Assembly (NCBI GenBank): GCA_963844715.1
Contig: CAWJPJ010000008.1
Coordinates: 224,001-288,000 of the forward strand
From: an uncultured Phycisphaerales bacterium
GTDB taxonomy: Bacteria; Planctomycetota; Phycisphaerae; Tepidisphaerales; Tepidisphaeraceae
Reading direction: 5' to 3'
Length of the DNA: 64,000 nt
The position numbers and the translations under genes are program-made. Under the pieces are notes generated by a model. The model made no database searches, was not told where the DNA came from, and saw nothing but the letters and a program-made list of their open reading frames with translations. The number at the start of each line of letters is the position of its first letter. Position 1 is the first letter of the stretch. This document shows positions 61,768 to 64,000 of this stretch, in pieces.

Positions 61768-64000
61768 TCATTTCAGCTTCGCCAGTTCGGCTTCGGCCGC
61801 GGCTAGTTGGTCTTGGGTTTGTTTGACCAGGTGCGGCGGGGCTTTGGCTGTGTAGGATTCGTTGGCGAGGCGGGCTTTTAGGGTTTGGATGGTTTTCGTC
61901 AACTCTTCGCGGCGCTTGGCGGTTCGCTCTTCTTCGGCGCCTTTTTCGATTAGTGATCTCATGAAGATGTCGCAGCGGCCGGCTCGGGTGGATATCAGGG
62001 CGGCGTTGGATTGCTTTAGTTCCGCGTGTGTTTTGATTGCGCAGACGGCCAAGTTTTCGATCAGGGGGATCGCGTCTTGAGAGAGGGAGTCGGAGTCGTT
62101 CACGGGGACGATCGCGGCGTCGACGCTCTTTTTGGCGTCGATCTGTTGGGCGTTTTTCATTTCGCGGATGGTGGAGATGATTTCCTGGAGACGAGCGAAG
62201 GGTTCGAGAGATTCCTGGTCGATTTGGCCGGGTTTGGGCCAGGGGGCGCGGATGAGGCGGTGGCCGGGTTTGTAATCGGGGGCGGGGCGGGTTTCGTTGA
62301 GGCGGCTCCAGATTACCTCGGTGATGAAAGGGATCATGGGGTGCATGAGGCGGAGGGAGCCGTCGAGGATTGTGGCGAGGATGTTTGAGGTCTGGCCGGC
62401 GGCGGCGGGATCCTTTAGCGCGGGCTTGGCGGCTTCTACGTACCAGTCGCAGAAGTCGCCGTAGAAGAAGTCGTAACAGATTTTGGCGTATTGGTCGAAA
62501 CGATAAATTTCCAGGGCGGCGTTGGATTCCTGGACGGCGCGATTGAAGCGGGAGACGATCCAGCGGTCGGCCAGGGTCCATTTGGTCGGGTCGGGATTTT
62601 CGGGGGGGATTTTTTCCAGGTTGGGGATGACGAAGAAGTTGGCGACTTGCCAGATTTTGTTGCAGAAGCGGGAGCCGAGGTCGAATTTGTCGGAGGTGTT
62701 TCGGCCCTGGGCGTCGCGCTTGACGGGCATGCGGACGTCCTGGGTTTCTGTGGCCATGTGAGTGAGGGTGAAGCGGAGGGCGTCGGCGCCGTGGGTTTCG
62801 ATGACGTCGACGGGGTCTACGCCGTTGCCTTTGGATTTGCTCATGCGCTCGCCGTGGCCGTCGAGGATGGTGGGGTTGATGGCGACGTGGAAAAAGGGGA
62901 TTCCGAGTTCCTTTCCCCTCTCCCTGTCTTCCGATAGTTTCGGCACGAGTGGGTGAGGGGCGGTCTGCGCATTTCCGGCGGTCTGCCCCTCACCCCCACC
63001 CTCTCCCAGAGTACTGAGAGAGGGAGTAAGAGGGGGGCGGTGGCCCATGTTGTACATGCCGGTCATGACCATTCTGGCGACCCAGAGTGTGATGATGTCT
63101 CGGCCGGTGAGGAGGACGCTGGTGGGGTACCATTTTGCTAAATCCGGAGTCCGGTCGGGCCAGCCTAGTGTGCTGTGGGGCCAGAGGGCACTGGAAAACC
63201 AGGTGTCTAGGACGTCGGGGTCCTGTCGAAAGTTAAATGTTTCCTCTAAAATTCTCTCGATATCCTCGTGCCCGGGCGGAACGCACATGAAGCATTCCTT
63301 CTTTCCCTCGGTTTGCATCAGGATCGTAGGGATTTCGACACCGTTTATCGCGTGACCCTTAAGGATCCCTGATTCGCCATCGTTGTGCAAAAGAAAGTCC
63401 CTAAGGCCATATTGAGCAAAGGTGCCGCGCCACACCGGAATCCGATGGCCCCACCAGAGTTGTCTGGAGATTGGCCAGTCGCGTTTTTCGCCTAGCCAAC
63501 TTAGATACTGTTGCGCGTGGCGTTCTGGGAAGAATTTTATTGTGCCGTTGCGGACGACCTCGAGGGCGGGCTCGGCGAGGGGGGCCATTTTTACGAACCA
63601 TTGGTCGCTTAGGTAGGGTTCGACGGGGGTTTTGCTGCGGTCGCTGTGGCCTACTTGGGTTTCGTAGGGTTCTTCTTTTTCTAAGAGGCCCAGGGCCGTC
63701 AGGTCTTCGACGACTTTTTTTCTCGCGTGGTCTCGTTTCATTCCTGAATACGCGCCGGCGTTTTGGTTTAGGGTGCCGTCCGGGTTGAGGATGTTGATGA
63801 GGTCGATCTGGTCGGGTTTGTTTTGGTGGCGTTGCCAGACTGCGTAGTCGTTGGGATCGTGGGCGGGGGTGACTTTGACGACGCCGGTGCCGAATTTTGG
63901 GTCGACGAGGATGTCGTCGGCGATGATGGGGATTTTTCTTTCTGTGAGGGGGAGCTTTACGGATTTGCCTATGGCCCAGTTCCAACGCGGGTCTTCGGAA
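61768..64000 (-). CDS. valS: Valine--tRNA ligase (5' end outside window)
   Basis: GTGVVKVTPAHDPND, DWPISRQLWWGHRIP, DVLDTWFSS, RMSKSKGN, FCDWYVE, C-terminal coiled arm. Confidence 0.97.
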   Translation of the reverse strand, partial: SEDPRWNWAIGKSVKLPLTERKIPIIADDILVDPKFGTGVVKVTPAHDPNDYAVWQRHQNKPDQIDLINILNPDGTLNQNAGAYSGMKRDHARKKVVEDLTALGLLEKEEPYETQVGHSDRSKTPVEPYLSDQWFVKMAPLAEPALEVVRNGTIKFFPERHAQQYLSWLGEKRDWPISRQLWWGHRIPVWRGTFAQYGLRDFLLHNDGESGILKGHAINGVEIPTILMQTEGKKECFMCVPPGHEDIERILEETFNFRQDPDVLDTWFSSALWPHSTLGWPDRTPDLAKWYPTSVLLTGRDIITLWVARMVMTGMYNMGHRPPLTPSLSTLGEGGGEGQTAGNAQTAPHPLVPKLSEDRERGKELGIPFFHVAINPTILDGHGERMSKSKGNGVDPVDVIETHGADALRFTLTHMATETQDVRMPVKRDAQGRNTSDKFDLGSRFCNKIWQVANFFVIPNLEKIPPENPDPTKWTLADRWIVSRFNRAVQESNAALEIYRFDQYAKICYDFFYGDFCDWYVEAAKPALKDPAAAGQTSNILATILDGSLRLMHPMIPFITEVIWSRLNETRPAPDYKPGHRLIRAPWPKPGQIDQESLEPFARLQEIISTIREMKNAQQIDAKKSVDAAIVPVNDSDSLSQDAIPLIENLAVCAIKTHAELKQSNAALISTRAGRCDIFMRSLIEKGAEEERTAKRREELTKTIQTLKARLANESYTAKAPPHLVKQTQDQLAAAEAELAKLK
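62902..63042. repeat. In-frame pair of CCCCTCACCC hairpin repeats inside valS
   Basis: gggtgaggggc...gcccctcaccc inverted pair plus ccctctcccagagtactgagagaggg; 141 nt = 47 codons. Confidence 0.88.

Overview
High-GC bacterial chromosomal segment. Gene content (PEP-CTERM, DUF1559-like pilin-type protein, ECF sigma factor with membrane extension, many GT-C enzymes) suggests a planctomycete, probably Phycisphaerae/Tepidisphaerales; this is inference. It carries housekeeping genes (truA, DEAD-box helicase, sdhC/sdhA, ppdK, glmS, hemC, valS, tRNA-Ser), an ~9 kb c-di-GMP/two-component cluster (YfiR, two hybrid kinases, GGDEF, GGDEF-EAL, FIST), a phospholipid operon, and several small accessory islets: two tandem HEPN-motif genes, a GNAT/DUF1778 toxin-antitoxin pair, orphan antitoxins, a clan AA protease and a GxxExxY nuclease. 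Many genes, including essential ones, are split by single-base indels, most likely long-read errors, so coordinates of split genes are reconstructed by eye. The most unusual signal is a layered set of intergenic repeats. A GxxExxY gene is bracketed by 33-bp inverted repeats, and a gene-less element of similar design occurs elsewhere. CCCCTCACCC hairpin repeats border accessory islets and have inserted in frame into valS. Heptamer arrays carry nested ~25-bp micro-insertions.
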